Source: Tubiluchus corallicola (taxonomy: Eukaryota > Animalia > Priapulida). Taken from it: a stretch of 64,000 nucleotides of DNA. The stretch's first letter is position 1; each line of letters opens with the position of its first letter. The stretch spans positions 62,001-126,000 of the forward strand of contig JAQGDQ010000560.1 in the NCBI GenBank assembly GCA_030141605.1, in the 5' to 3' direction. The position numbers were made by a program, and so were the translations under genes. This document shows positions 1 through 13,039 of the stretch, piece by piece. The notes beneath the pieces were generated by a model. That model did no database searches. It was not told the origin of the DNA and saw only the letters and a list, made by a program, of their open reading frames with translations.

Positions 1-170
1 ACTTGGCTTCACTTACCGCTGCTCTTAGCCTTCCAGACCTTGGCTTCTTGATCACCGACAGAACCTGTTTCTTGAAACTTTGCCACCATACTGAGATACA
101 ATACTCGTGTGCTACACTTTTTTATAGTAATGGTTTCTAAACTTTTGAATCGTAACAGATTTTAACCGAT
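1..170 (-). mobile_element. Degenerate Tc1/mariner-type transposase N-terminal (HTH) remnant
   Basis: Minus strand gives TIQKFRNHY, VAKFQETGSVGD and, after a frameshift, KPRSGRLR, resembling the KFxETGSVxDxPRSGRP motif of Tc1/mariner transposases. Confidence 0.6.
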
Positions 171-500
171 GAATGAATGAATGCTGTTTATTTTTTTCAT
201 CGAATGAGGTCACAGGTCATGAGCAATACTGAATTTGTTTAAAAATTCACTAGCAACTTTCGGAATCATCGCAAAGCTAGATGCGCCAGGTTTTCAAATG
301 TTTTGTTGTGCTTTAATTGTGCCTAATTCCAAATGTATGTCAATTTAAGATCGCACACCGACTTTGAAAACACAGTATTTGACTGTCTAGCAAACTAGAT
401 GCTTTGCTTGTTCTGTTAGCATCTTAGCTACAGTATCATTGTTCAAAATACAATTGTTCATATACAAACACTTACTGTCATTACATTAAAACAGTGACAG

Positions 501-821
501 TGGGTGTGAGCATTCTGGACTAGAAAGCGAATTTGAATTGAGATTGAGAGATTTTCAAACGAGTTTTCGAACCACCAGCAAAAGTCAGCTCTTACAAAGA
601 TCATGCAAAGATCAAAGATATGCTCGATCTTCTTTTGCACTATTAATTTGTTTAAAAACTGCACAGAAATCACAGCTAGATTATGTTTCTTGGTGTTTCA
701 AACGTTTTAATGATAAAGAATGTATGTGATTGAAGTGCCGAATTATTCGAATCTGTAGTTAGATTGGAATCGAATTCGAACTAAAAAAACTCATTCGAGT
801 CGACTTCGATTCTTACCCCTA
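501..821. mobile_element. hAT-like MITE with TTCGAA-rich subterminal region
   Basis: Imperfect TAGGGGTRAG-type termini; inverted homologous copy at about 30007-30300. Confidence 0.55.
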
Positions 822-1249
822 GTAACTACTAAACATGATTGTTATAATACTGAAACTTATTGTTAGTTTGTTATGCAAATCATTAATTTCTGTGTGAGTC
901 AACTTCATTCCACAGATTTAAATGCCGCGCATACGCAGAGACAGCCTAAATATCGAACAACAATTCGTTAGTGTGACACTCAAGCGCTGGTTTTGCCTGA
1001 CAATCGAATGCAATTCCGCGATTTTAGAATCCATTGTTTGCTTAACAACTGATCATCGAGTTTGTATTAAAACATGGTGCTCATTGCTGCCTCATTTGTT
1101 GCTGACAGTTAGCAATCTCTCTGTGTACGCGTGTGACATTTCAATTTATGACCCGTTCTTAGTTGGTTCCGTTTGAATTGCAGTCTCGTTTGCGACCAAC
1201 CTGAAAAACTGTTAAGTACATTGTACTGCATAGTTATTGCATTAATAAT

Positions 1250-1537
1250 TAACCAGCACCACCCTCGGCCCGTTCCCGTTCTCCACATCTCAGCCGTATA
1301 ACTTTTGCAAAAAACGGCCGAAAAATGGCCATTTTTGGAGGTTTTTTGCCCTCCCCCTTCCTCGCGGTGGGCCCCATTCGAAAAATAAACCATCAATGGC
1401 ACGACACTAGGTCGAGACCTTTCGTTTGATGTATAGATCGCCGCAAATGGTGCAATCGTCGAAGCTGTAGCCTCGAATCTTATATATGCATATATATATA
1501 TATATATATATATAGCAAGAATATTAATGTAATAGAT
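1250..1537 (-). mobile_element. Helitron-like non-autonomous element with (TA)n tract
   Basis: Minus strand starts TCTATTACATTAATATT then a (TA)n microsatellite; inverted homolog at about 33070-33440. Confidence 0.45.
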
Positions 1538-1734
1538 AGTTAAAATAGGGGTTGAATGTACTCTAATTTGCTTTTGTGAAAGCCCAGTTACTTGTTTGGT
1601 TTCGATAGCTTGGTCGGCGAATCACAGTAGTTCCTCACTGGTTTCACATTTTGTATCTCTGTGAGCTAATGACATTTAGGCTTGAGGAAATGTTACCGTT
1701 TTCCTGTTTATGTTACACACTACCTGGCATTTGC

Positions 1735-2482
1735 ATAGAGTGTATATAATTCTTTGAAGGTGCATATGGAGTGTATGTGATTGCCATGAAGGTGTATATA
1801 GAGTGTATGTGATTCTTTGAAGGTGTGAATAGAGTGTATTTGATTGCCTTAAAGGTGTGAATAAAGTTTATGTGATTCCCTTGAAGGTGTGAATAGAGTG
1901 TATGTGATTGCCTTGAAGGTGTATATACAGTGCATGTGATTGCCTTGAAGGTGTATATAGAGTGTATGTGATTCTTTGAAGGTGTGAATAGAGTGTATGT
2001 GATTGCCTAGAAGGTGTGAATAGAGTATATGTGATTGCCTTGAAGGTGTGAATAAAGTGTATGTGGTTCCCTTGAAAGTGTGAATAGATTGTATGTGATT
2101 GCCTTGAAGATGTGAGCAGAGTGTATGTGATTGCCTTGAAGGTGTGAACAGAGTGTATGTGATTGCCTTCAAGGTGTGTATAGAGTGTATGTGATTGCCT
2201 TGAAGGTGTATATAGAGTGTATGTGATTGCATTGAAGGTGTATATAGAGTATATGTGATTGCCTTGAAGGTGTGAATAGAGTGTATGTGATTGCCTTGAA
2301 GGTGCATATAGAGTGTATGTGATTTTTGAAGGTGTGAATAGTGTGTATATGATTGCCTTGAAGGTGTGAATAGAGTATATGTGATTGCCTTGAAGGTGTA
2401 TATAGAGTGTATGTGATTACTTTAAAGGTGTATAAAGAGTGCATATGATTTTGTTTGAATGTATATACAGTGTATATGATTA
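1735..2482. repeat. Minisatellite, about 32-bp unit GAAGGTGTGAATAGAGTGTATGTGATTGCCTT
   Basis: About 23 visible tandem copies with some shorter variants. Confidence 0.95.
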
Positions 2483-3191
2483 CTCTTTTTCACACTCATC
2501 GCTTATATGTAATGTCCACCCACTGTTGTACTGAATCAAAGTATCATGCAATTGCATTTTCATGCAGTTTCACATGTGCAGTTCAAACTTTTGGTAAATA
2601 CGAGCTTAACCATTGATCAATAATTACGCTTCTTGTGCTGCAACTAATATGTTTTGTCAAATTTACTTATTGTCATTAAGCATGTTCACATGTTACTGAG
2701 ACGGCAAACTGTAACGGCAAACGAGTTCACCATTATTCTGTCGCAACTTGCGTAATATTGAAGGATTGTGTTGAAGTTTTGATAAGAGGCGGTTATGTTA
2801 TCTGTAAAATGTCAACACATTTAAAAATGCCAATTCTGCACTCAAATTTAGAAGAAGGAAGGCTCTGAAAAATTGCGAGTCGACCGGCATTCGAACCCAG
2901 AACCTTGTGGATCTCAGGCTTCAGTCAACATTCTTTTAACTTTGTATATTGAATATTAAATGTAGGTGGAAACGACAGGCCTGGTGCCCTTGGAAGGGGC
3001 ATGGTACCGAGTTCAAGATTAAGCACATCTCATACTAGCCCAGGATTAGTCGGATTACGAAATCTTGCTCAAGGTGCGGGGAGTGCAGTCAGTTCTGCCG
3101 CTAGGCCTGAGCAGTTAAGAGGTAAATTCTGGCTGTCACAGTCACAATTAATTAATGATATCATTATCAAAACAATTTACCGTATAAAATA

Positions 3192-3720
3192 TTGAAAGGA
3201 ATCATACTATTTTTTTCAAGAATGATTTGCAAGAAAGAATGTTTGCCACAGAAACGTAGCGTTTTCGTGGCTAATCCTTCACTGTTACATGTATTTCGCC
3301 ATCAGCTACCTAGATGGGCACCAGTGCCTCCATCTCGGAAATATGTTTCAAATACATTTGAAACAAGTTCAAATGTGGTTCAGTTGTGATGTGGCGCACA
3401 CGTTCGACAGCTTCATGCATCAGCACAGCGGTAAACTTTGAAATTTGAACTTTCTATTTATAATTTACCGTGTTTTTGTTTATCACAGTGAATGCTGTAC
3501 AGTAGCACTATTCACTTTTGCAAACACATGCCACATGCTCGTGGAATGTTTGCGCTTGTCGAAAATAAAGTTCAGTTGTGACGTAGTCACTAACTGGGTT
3601 CCACGGCCGTTAATTAAATTTTTAAGCTATTATTTAATTATCACAAACAGTTTGACATCATAATCAGTGTTAAAATGCATACTTTTTACCGTTCTTAAAA
3701 ATTGACCCCTTTTCCTTTAA
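3192..3720. mobile_element. Kolobok-like non-autonomous element
   Basis: TTGA|AAGGAA...TTCCT|TTAA termini; partial homologs at about 21169-21490 and 23270-23503. Confidence 0.5.
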
Positions 3721-3974
3721 ATATTGGTATGGTGCCATTGCATTAATATAGTCTCTACGTAGTTACGCTACGTCTTTTCCAATAATTTCAGGTTGTGAGT
3801 CGAGACGTGCGGTCCAGGAACGTCTACAATAACTGGGAGACGATAGTTTACATTTCAAGATTTACTTGGAGAGCTGCTTGGAGGTTAGGTGTCCTCACCA
3901 CCTAGAGGTGCCCTTGGCACGTATATGATAGATTTTTCATCATAATGGCCTTATATAAACTACCTGAATTGAGC

Positions 3975-4720
3975 AGTATTCCTCTAGCAAAATTGTCCAC
4001 AAGTCGGTAATTAAGCTTTTCTAGTTATTCACATATTCTGAATCTCCATTTCATGAGGATCATTTTGATACCAAGTTCATCGCTCTATGTTACTTCTAAG
4101 CTGAGATAATCCACGTTGAAGTTGAGGTGCAGGCTATGCAGTGAAAAACATAATCTTAAGAAAATCGCTGTTAAAGTTAGCCATTGTTTTTTGTCACATT
4201 TCTACAACACTTAGCAACTGTAAAAATGTTGGTTGCTATGGATTTCTCAAGAGCACAGTAAAGTTATGTTTAAATCCAGTAGATGACTCTTACTGATGAA
4301 AATTTGTGCTTTGCAACACAAAAAGGCAGAAGTAAAATGGCTGCTTCCACGAGCTACTATTGGAGTTTGAATATACAAGTTGCAAAATGGCTGCTTCCAC
4401 GAACTACTATTGGAGTTTGAAAACACAAGTTGCAAAATGGCTGCTTCCACGACCTACTATTGGAGTTTGAAAATACAAGTTGCAAAATGGCTGCTTCCAC
4501 GAGCTACTATTGGAGTTTGAAAATACAAGTTTTTAGCAATTACAGTACTAGTTTTTAGGCAGAAAAATGGACACGGGATTATAAAATTAAATGTTTAATA
4601 CTTTTTGGACATTTTTTTTTGATAATTTGATGCTAGAATATAAAAATTCAATATATTTAGCATTTGCCTCCATAAAAAACAAAAAATTAACGTTAGACCA
4701 AAATATTGGTGCAGTCTGCT
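3975..4720. mobile_element. Dispersed MITE-like repeat with internal 50-bp x4 tandem expansion (4333-4530)
   Basis: Inverted homolog at about 19330-19920 and fragment at about 22355-22490. Confidence 0.75.
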
Positions 4721-5129
4721 TTGAAGCATCATAAAGTAGTTTTAACTATGCCATCTTGTGGATGGTTTTGCAAGCACATATGTTGTTTTGGTTAGCCAAT
4801 TTGTCGGACATGAACTACATGAAAAAATGCCAGTTTGTGTTTTACCATAACATTTTGTGTAGAGGCATGTGAGAAGAGATACGTGTTACCTCAAAATTAT
4901 TTGTAGCAAAAGAGAAAGAGACTGATGCAAAGTCCGTTTTTATTTGATTTACGAATTTTTGTGAATTTGTTAAATTTTAGTTTTTTCAAGGTTTTATGTT
5001 AAATTTCGATAAATTTAACAAATGGAAAAGCTACAGGGAGAGTAATCTTTATATGAAGTTTTATTTTTTGTGCAATGAAAACAACTTAGTCATTTAGTGA
5101 ATAATAAGTGATAAAAATGTGTACATGTC

Positions 5130-6689
5130 AGTAGAGCTACGTCGCGTAGTAAAGAGTTACGTCGCGTTGTAAGGAGCTACGTCGCGTAGTAAAGAGTTAC
5201 GTCGCGCAGTGAAGAGTTACGTCGCGTAGTAACGAGTTACGTCGCGTAGTAACGAGTCATGTTGCGTAGCAAGGAGCTACGTCACATAGTAACGAGTTAT
5301 GTCGCGTAGCAAGGAGCTACGTCGCACGTAGTAAAGAGCTACGTCACATAGTAACGAGTTATGTCGCGTAGCAAGGAGCTACGTCGCGTAGTAAAGAGTT
5401 ATGTCACGTAGTGAAGAGTTACGTCGCGCAGTTAGTAGCTACGTCGCGTGTAAGGAGCTACGTCGCGTTGTAAGGAGCTACGTCGCGCAGTAAGGAGCTA
5501 CATCGCGCAGTAAGGAGTTACGTCGCGTAGCAAGGAGCTACATCGCTCAGTAAAGAGTTACGCCGGGCAGTAAGGAGCTATGTCTTATAGCAAGGAGCTA
5601 CGTCGCGTAGTGAAGAGTACGTCGCGTAGTGAAGAGTTATGCCGCGTAGTAAGGAACTACGTCGCGTAGGAAAGAGTTGCGTCGCGTAGCAAGGAGTTGC
5701 GTCGCATAGTAAGGAGTTACGTCGCGTAGCAAGGAGCTACGTCGAGCAGTAAAGAGTTACGTCGAGCAGTAAGGTGCTACGTCGCGCAGTAAGGAGCAAG
5801 TCGCGCGGTAAGGAGCTACGTCGCGCTGTAAGGAGTTACGTCGCGCGGTAAGGAGCTACGTCGCGCGGTAAGGAGCTACGTCGCGCGGTAAGGAGCTACG
5901 TCGCGCGGTAAGGAGCTACGTCGCGCGGTAAGGAGCTACGTCGAGCAGTAAAGAGTTACGTCGAGCAGTAAGGTGCTACGTCGTGCAGTAAGGTGCTACG
6001 TCGCGCAGTAAGGAGCAAGTCGCGCGGTAAGGAGCTACGTCGCGCTGTAAGGAGTTACGTCACGCGGTAAGGAGCTACGTCGCACGGTAAGGAGTTACGT
6101 CGCGTAGCAAGGAGCTACGTCGAGCAGTAAAGAGCTACGTCGAGTCGCGCAGTAAGGTGCTACGTCGCGCAGTAAGGTGCTACGTCGCGCGGTAAGGAGC
6201 TACGTCGCGCGGTAAGGAGCTGCGTCGCGCGGTAAGGAGCTGTGTCGCGCTGTAAGGAGTTACGTCGCACTGTAAGGAGCTACGTCGCGCGGTAAGGAGC
6301 TACATCGCGCGGTAAGGAGCTACGTCGCATATTAAGGAGTTACGTCGCGCTGTAAGGAGCTACGTCGCGCTGTAAGGAGCTACGTCACGCGGTAAGGAGC
6401 TACGTCGCGTAGTAAGGAGTTACGTCGCGCTGTAAGGAGCTGCGTCGCGCGGTAAGGAGCTACGTCGCGCGGTAAGGAGTTGCGTCGCGCGGTAAGGAGC
6501 TACGTCGCGCTGTAAGGAGCTACGTCGCGCGGTAAGGAGCTGCGTCGCGCGGTAAGGAGCTACGTCGCGCGGTAAGGAGCTACGTCGCGCGGTAAGGAGC
6601 TACGTCGCGCGGTAAGCAGTTACGTCGCGTAGTAAGGAGTTACGTTGCGCTGTAAGGAGTTACGTCGCGTAGTTAAGAGTTACATCGCA
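5130..6689. repeat. CpG-rich minisatellite, 20-bp unit GGTAAGGAGCTACGTCGCGC
   Basis: About 78 tandem copies. Confidence 0.97.
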
Positions 6690-7494
6690 AATGTCGGTAG
6701 TTTTATTTTAGTTATTTTTTATTTACGTTGCATATTCTTGCACCACTGCATTTGCTATGTGTATGTTATTAAATTTTCTGTATGCCGCTGTATTTGTGTG
6801 TAAAAAATAAATTATGTCGATATAACAGGTCCAAATTGAGTTCAGTGGAGCTGTAAGATGTGGGGTGCTCTCATTTCAGTTTTTGTATTAAAGTGAAAAA
6901 TATAAGTGTGTTTTTAAATTAATGGTTTGTTTAGTATTTACGTATATGATAGATTGCAGCCATTCTTAAATTAATATAAATACTGGATGAATTCAGATCC
7001 AAAATCTGCAAGCGTAACCATTTTCATCACTTCCCTATGCCTGGTCTAACGCAGTTTTACCGCACTGTGTGTCTCATCAATGTGTAGGCACTTGTGTGAT
7101 TAATTATCACTTGATTATGTCTGGTCCAGTGCGGTTTACTCGCGTGCCTGAACAATTTGCTATAAGTTTCACATTTAGGTTTGGATCTTGGCCCCCCTTA
7201 AATAACCCCAGCTTTTTAATCACTGTCTGATGTCCCATCCTGGTATCTATCCTGCAAGCTTCATATTATAGTTTTATGATTCTACATTTTACAGTTTTCA
7301 AACTATTTAACATTATTAGTCAATGCCTAACAAACTAATAATAACGCTTCGTTCCGAGATGCAGATAAAACTATTGTGCCGATGTATGGCTTTGCACAGT
7401 AGAAGAAGCTGAATTCATGAGTAGAAAGGAAAAGTTTTTCAGTGTTACAGCATAGCAGGAAGGGAGGGTACGGTTAGGAAACGGCATGTAGATG

Positions 7495-7665
7495 TGTTAG
7501 TAAACATTTGTTACAATGAGTGTAGGAAATAAACTTCATCATTTAAAGATAGTTAGTAGAAATTTGTTACGAGTGTAGGAAAGAAGCTTCTTCATTTAAA
7601 GATAGTTAGTAAATATTTGTTACAATGAGTGTAGGAAATAAGCTTCATTGTTTAAAGATAGTATT
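7495..7665. repeat. Tandem repeat, about 57-bp x3
   Basis: ATTTGTTAC...GAGTGTAGGAAA...TTTAAAGATAGT repeated three times. Confidence 0.85.
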
Positions 7666-8309
7666 GCTTTAATTTGTACATAAACTGGATTCAGACAAAA
7701 ATCATTTAAACCGAATGTAGTGTAAAGGAAGATGTATATTACCCCAAAAAATTCAATTAGAAAAACACACAATAGATATAGAACATACAGATATAGAATA
7801 AAGTATTTAAAAATAAACCTTGATGTACATCTATCAAAAAAAACCCTAAATGTATATCTATCTAAAACTGCTATAGTACAAAAACTGAAACAATATGAAA
7901 AATGGTAAAATAATACTTAAGAACTTCATCATCAAAAAAAAGAATCTTTCAAACGTAACTCTTTCGCTCAGTGGTAGAAAGCGGTCAATATAACCATTTA
8001 CAAATACGTACAAAAGTCAAATAATACAGACAATAATTTGATTTTAGCTACATGTATGAGAATCTCAACATTTCCCCGTTGAACCAGAAAATTTAGAACC
8101 TGAACAAAAATTCTTGACGTAAAATAAACAAAGATTTCTTGCGCTGCACGAACTGAACAAATTTCAAGCATTATTTCGTTGTCAAGAAACTTTGCAGCGT
8201 TTCTACAGTCATTGCCATAAGCGATGGTCACACTACAAAGTATGCACAAAAATATAGAATGAAAAACGCAACATACGGTATTTTATGAAAAGCACTAATT
8301 TTGACAAGT

Positions 8310-8917
8310 GTCACCTATCACAGCCATATATTGCATTGGTAAGCTATTAAAGCCATATATGGCAATCATCAAGCTATTAAAGCCATATATGACAACCGGC
8401 AAGCTATTAAAGCCATATATGACAACCGGCAAGCTATTAAAGCCATATATGACAACCGGCAAGCTATTAAAGCCACATATGGCAACCAGCAAAGCTATTA
8501 AAGCCATATATGGCAACCAGCAAAGCTACCACAGCCATATACTGCAACTGATAAGCTGTCACAGCCACATTGGTAAGCTACTAAAGCCATACATGGCAAC
8601 CAGCAAAGACATTCCAGCCATATTTGCCAACTGATAAGCTATCACAGCCATATATGGCAACTGGCTAAGCTATTACAGCCACATATGGCAACTCTTAAGC
8701 TATCACAGCCATGAATGGCAACTGGCAAGTTATCACAGCCATATATGGCAAGCTATTACAACCGTGAATGGCAATTGGCAAGTTATAAGTCATATACGGC
8801 AACTGGCCAGCTATTACAGTCATATATGGCAACTGGCAAGCTATTGCAATCATATATGGCAACTGGCAAGCTATTGCAATCATATATGGCAACTGGCAAG
8901 CTATTGCAATCATATAC
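8310..8917. repeat. Minisatellite, about 30-bp unit AAGCTATTAAAGCCATATATGACAACCGGC
   Basis: About 20 degenerate tandem copies; explains the repetitive ORFs here. Confidence 0.93.
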
Positions 8918-9204
8918 AGTCAAACAAAGACAGAGAAAATCATTGGAAATTAATTTTGTCCTAAACTTATAATCAGAAAAACACGAATTTTACTGTAGCA
9001 CTATCATAACAACAAAAATAAGGTATAAGAAATTTTTGGCAAGTGATTATTGTGCTCAAATCTTGAACACAAAATTAAATTAACATTTATGATCCAGACA
9101 CATGATCTTTGCTGTAACGCAACCACATCATGAAATGTAAAGTAGAAACGGTAGATCTGAATTCAATCATAATAGCTCATAAACTGATAACTGCAGGTCA
9201 TAAC

Positions 9205-9808
9205 TAGGGCAGTAACGATACACCTAGGTCACGATACGACACATCACGATACTATTCTCATGATACGATACACCTGAGTTAATGCTTGCAGGTTTAAAAA
9301 AACAGATGAAACTGTTGATAATAAATGCTGAACATATTTTATCAATCATTATTATTATGGTTCCAAAATGCTCAAATAGCTTGATTAAATGCTGGATTTT
9401 TGCTTATTACATGTGTAATATGTAAGCTACTGTTTACGTTGTAAATTAGCAGAAAAGCAAGACATATCAATAGTTAAGGTTTAAAAGTTGCTTGTGCATT
9501 TTCTGGTTCACTTTTGCCATTTCACAAGTTTATATGTAAACAATGTAATTAACCCACTACAGATTAAACACTTGGCTGTATTTTCAACCACTTTGGTTAG
9601 TAGCAGAGCCTGTGTCAAATCATCTACTGCTCTCTGCACTGACTCCCAGCTGCAGCGTCAATCACTTCACAATGTTATTATCAGCAGATGATCAAGCGCG
9701 TGCTAATTTATTAAATTATATCATTGACTCAGATTATCATAATATGGGTGTACTTTGGCGACATGCATATCATAATGAAAGACATCCATGTATCGTTTTA
9801 CAGAGCTA
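9205..9808. mobile_element. hAT-like MITE
   Basis: TIR TAGGGCAGTAACGATAC / GTATCGTTTTACAGAGCTA; 8-bp TSD GTCATAAC/GTTATAAC; CGATA subterminal repeats. Confidence 0.8.
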
Positions 9809-9959
9809 GTTATAACAAGGTTTGACCAAATCCCGAACCAAAATCTTCAGTCTCGCACAGAACTATTGTAGGTTTGCTCCATCAATAATCAATAGTCTTG
9901 CAATTAAGATGAAAAATAATTATTAATTTACAACAGACTTGTAATACGCAAGTGGCTTC

Positions 9960-10168
9960 CTATACAACCGTCTCCCTACTGTAGACTATTTCGGACGGCA
10001 AACACGGAAGCTCGGAGCTTGACGTTGTCGGTTCTTTGCGTCGTTTTCGGTTCTTGTCTAAGTTATTTGTCGAATCCGTAAGAGGCGCAGAACGAGGAAC
10101 AAACACTTCCTCTCCTGGATCCGCCACGGGTCTACTGACGGCAAGCTCGGCTTTCTTGGCCGGAGAAT
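9960..10168 (-). CDS. RTKN: Rhotekin exon 13 (terminal; ends ...SRETVV*, PDZ-binding-type C-terminus)
   Basis: Acceptor ttacag; phase matches upstream exon; stop TAG at 9960-9962. Confidence 0.88.
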
Positions 10169-10762
10169 CTGTAACAATGCATTTCACAAACAATAATCTC
10201 TATAGATGGCAAACGAAAGCAAAAAACATAAAATAATCAAACACAAAAAGTTCAAATTTAACCTCAGAAATAAAGTAGGTTATTTTATTTGCATACTCGC
10301 TTGCAGAGTAACCTATACAGAGGTCTGCTTTGCCAGGATGTATTGTTCTCAAGGAGTGTTCTCATTCACGTAACACGAGTTCGATTAGACGGAAAAGAGA
10401 CGTAACTCGGTTTACAAAGCAGCTAGGAACGTGAAATTTGGCACAACGATGCTCTGTTATCCTAACACTTCGTACCTAGAAGCCGATGCGAATCTGAACA
10501 GAACTGGCCACGAGGAAGCCAAAAACGTGATTTCATCAAGTCAAAAAATAGAGAATAAATAGACTCACTTTGGGATGAAAATGTTTTGACTCGATTAACT
10601 GACCAAATCCATTAGCATGAGATTAAAAGTTTAGCTTCCATAAATTCTTGGGTAACGAGGTTAATACAATTAAATAGGAGATGACCATACCAGACGTCTG
10701 TGAGTCAATTAGACGACATTTTGTACTAACTGTGGGTCTACTGTATTATTATAAATTTTATA

Positions 10763-11336
10763 CGGTCAACCTCGGATATAAGGGACACCTTGGGACTGGA
10801 AAAAACCGTCCCTTATATCCGATGTCACCTTATAGCCAAAGTTGAGTCAGACCAATGGTGTATCTAAACCTGTGTTTTTCTGTACTTTTACCCATATTTT
10901 TATGGGTTATTGCTACACATTCAGTGCAAATGGTAGGAAGCTCCTTCAGTGATGCGAGATGTATGTGACCGCGGAAACCAAGCTGTTCGAAGGCCGAGTT
11001 TGCGGAAAATTGAGGTTAAAAATCGATCAATTTCCCTTTGATCATAGGGACCCTTATATGCAAGGTAATTTACCTGGGACCTGAAGATATCGTCCTTATA
11101 ACCGAAAGTACCTTGTATACGACTACCTTATATACGAAGATTTTTACATACGAAAAACGTTGTGAAAAATCGGGACCGGTGTTGGTGGTCCCTTATAAGC
11201 GAATGTCCCTTATGACCGAAAGACCCTTATATCTGAGTACCTTATATATGAAGATTTTTAAAAGGAAAACGTTCCGAAAACCGGACCGGTGTTGGCGATC
11301 CGTTATAAGTGAGTACCTTGTACCCGAGGTTGACTG
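10763..11336. mobile_element. pogo/Tigger-like MITE
   Basis: TIR CRGTCAACCTCGG, TA TSD, repeated CCTTATA motifs; TIR fragment also at about 51424. Confidence 0.85.
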
Positions 11337-11432
11337 TACATGACCTTACATGTGTTTTTACATGTGTGTAAAATATGACACGTTTATAGTCAACTTCATC
11401 TAGCAGAAATGCACATAAACTTTTCAACTTAC

Positions 11433-11549
11433 CAACAGAAATTGAGGTGTCTTCATACAGTGAACTCTTGCGAGTGCAAAGAGGGAAGAACTGAGTAGCG
11501 GGGGGCTCAGGTAGGACCACGTCTGCCTCACAGTAGCGTCCCCAAGCAC
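11433..11549 (-). CDS. RTKN: Rhotekin exon 12 (GAWGRYCEADVVLP...)
   Basis: AG/GT bounded, 117 nt, phase 1-1; post-PH DLxxWxxxC motif. Confidence 0.92.
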
Positions 11550-12142
11550 CTACACATCCATATCACAGGAAAATGTAAACATAATCAATGTTTTAAGTTT
11601 CTTACACTTATATACATAAAATTTTCTCACGTTTATGCTAGACATTTATTTTTGAACAAAAGCTAAATTGGTTTTGCGCAGAAAAAATGTATTTGTGCAT
11701 CAATCTGTTTCAAAATTTTTACGTAAAATGCTTCCAAAACAATGGCAGGTGAGATTAAGGATAAAAGAAAGAGAAAGAAAAGTACAGGAAAAGAAAAAGC
11801 CGCGTTTTACCAAGTTAAACTCGAAGAAAGTGTATATAAAACTTTGGTACAACATAATTCCTATTAACCCACCATGTTTGGAATTGTGGATAGAGTTATG
11901 ATCTTAGCACACGAGCTACAGCACGAAGATGTCACAAATGCAATACAACTTTCTGTCCTTGTGACCTTGCTACTTAACAATGTCAACAGTTTTAACATAT
12001 TAAGAAAACAAACAACTAAACGAGGGAAAAAAAAGAACAAGAATTAATGCATGAAAAACTACATGGCAAAAGAAACCATTCCGTTCACATGCTCACTTTC
12101 CATTCTCTTTAAATTCATTTTTAACTCTCTCACAACTTTTAC

Positions 12143-12311
12143 CTAAATCAACGATTCGCTGCTGGATGGCACCGAACCACGTACGGCAATCTTCCTCCGT
12201 CTCCGTCGTCAGTGTGTAACATCTGTCATTATCCGTTACTCCCGGCATGAGAAAGATGCTAAGACTCTGCGCAGCATCACCATCCGCACTCACGCGGGAT
12301 ACTTTAGAATC
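12143..12311 (-). CDS. RTKN: Rhotekin exon 11 (PH domain C-terminal half, EEDCRTWFGAIQQRIVDL)
   Basis: AG/GT bounded, 169 nt; PH C-terminal helix with conserved Trp. Confidence 0.93.
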
Positions 12312-12430
12312 CTACAGTGCAATAAACATGTAATCACTATTTACAGCATCAGTTAGTATAGCATGAGTCTTACTCAGCTAATAGTTCACTTTTGGTTTAA
12401 CAGTCATGGGCATTCAATGCCTAGTGTTAA

Positions 12431-12800
12431 GGCTCGTTCAGACTAGACTAGTTCTTGCGAAAATTGACACTCTTAAGTGTCCGCAATAACTTGCGAGAAA
12501 ACTTGCAAAGCCGTTCACACTTGCAATTTTACTCTCAGAGAGAACTTGCAAAGCCGTTCACACTTGCAATTTTACTCTCAGAGAGAACTTGCAAAGCTGT
12601 TCACACTTGTAATTTTACTCTCAGAGAGAACTTGCAAAGCCGTTCACACTTGCAATTTACGCTCAGAAAGAACTTGCGAGAGGACTTGCAAAGCCGTTCA
12701 CACTTGCAATTTACTCTCAGAAAGAACTTGCAAGAAGACTTGCAAAGCCGTTCACACTTGTAATTTACTCTCAGAGAGAACTCTCCACTCTGAACGAGCC
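12431..12800. mobile_element. MITE (TIR GGCTCGTTCAGA) filled with a 43-54-bp tandem repeat
   Basis: Perfect 12-bp inverted termini enclose about 6 copies of AACTTGCAAAGCCGTTCACACTTGCAATTTTACTCTCAGAGAG. Confidence 0.75.
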
Positions 12801-13039
12801 ACTAGGTCAAATTACCTTTAATATTTGATAAAGACTCTTTTAAAATTGACATACCATTCTTATAAATTAGCTTGAACTTTTTTACAACCTATATGGACTC
12901 AAAAAGCTATTGACTCTACCATACCAAGTAAACGACCACACACACAGGATTCTTAAGTAAATTTAATCAGTGTTACCAGAACGAATAAGTTATAAACGGT
13001 GCCAGGTGCTTTTTAGGTTAGCTTAAAAATCTTTAGGTG

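Noticed and set aside
1849-2444. Repetitive ORFs over minisatellites (also 8295-8972, 12455-12821, 62097-62439)
   Set aside because: Translations of tandem repeats, open in several frames and strands, with no splice support
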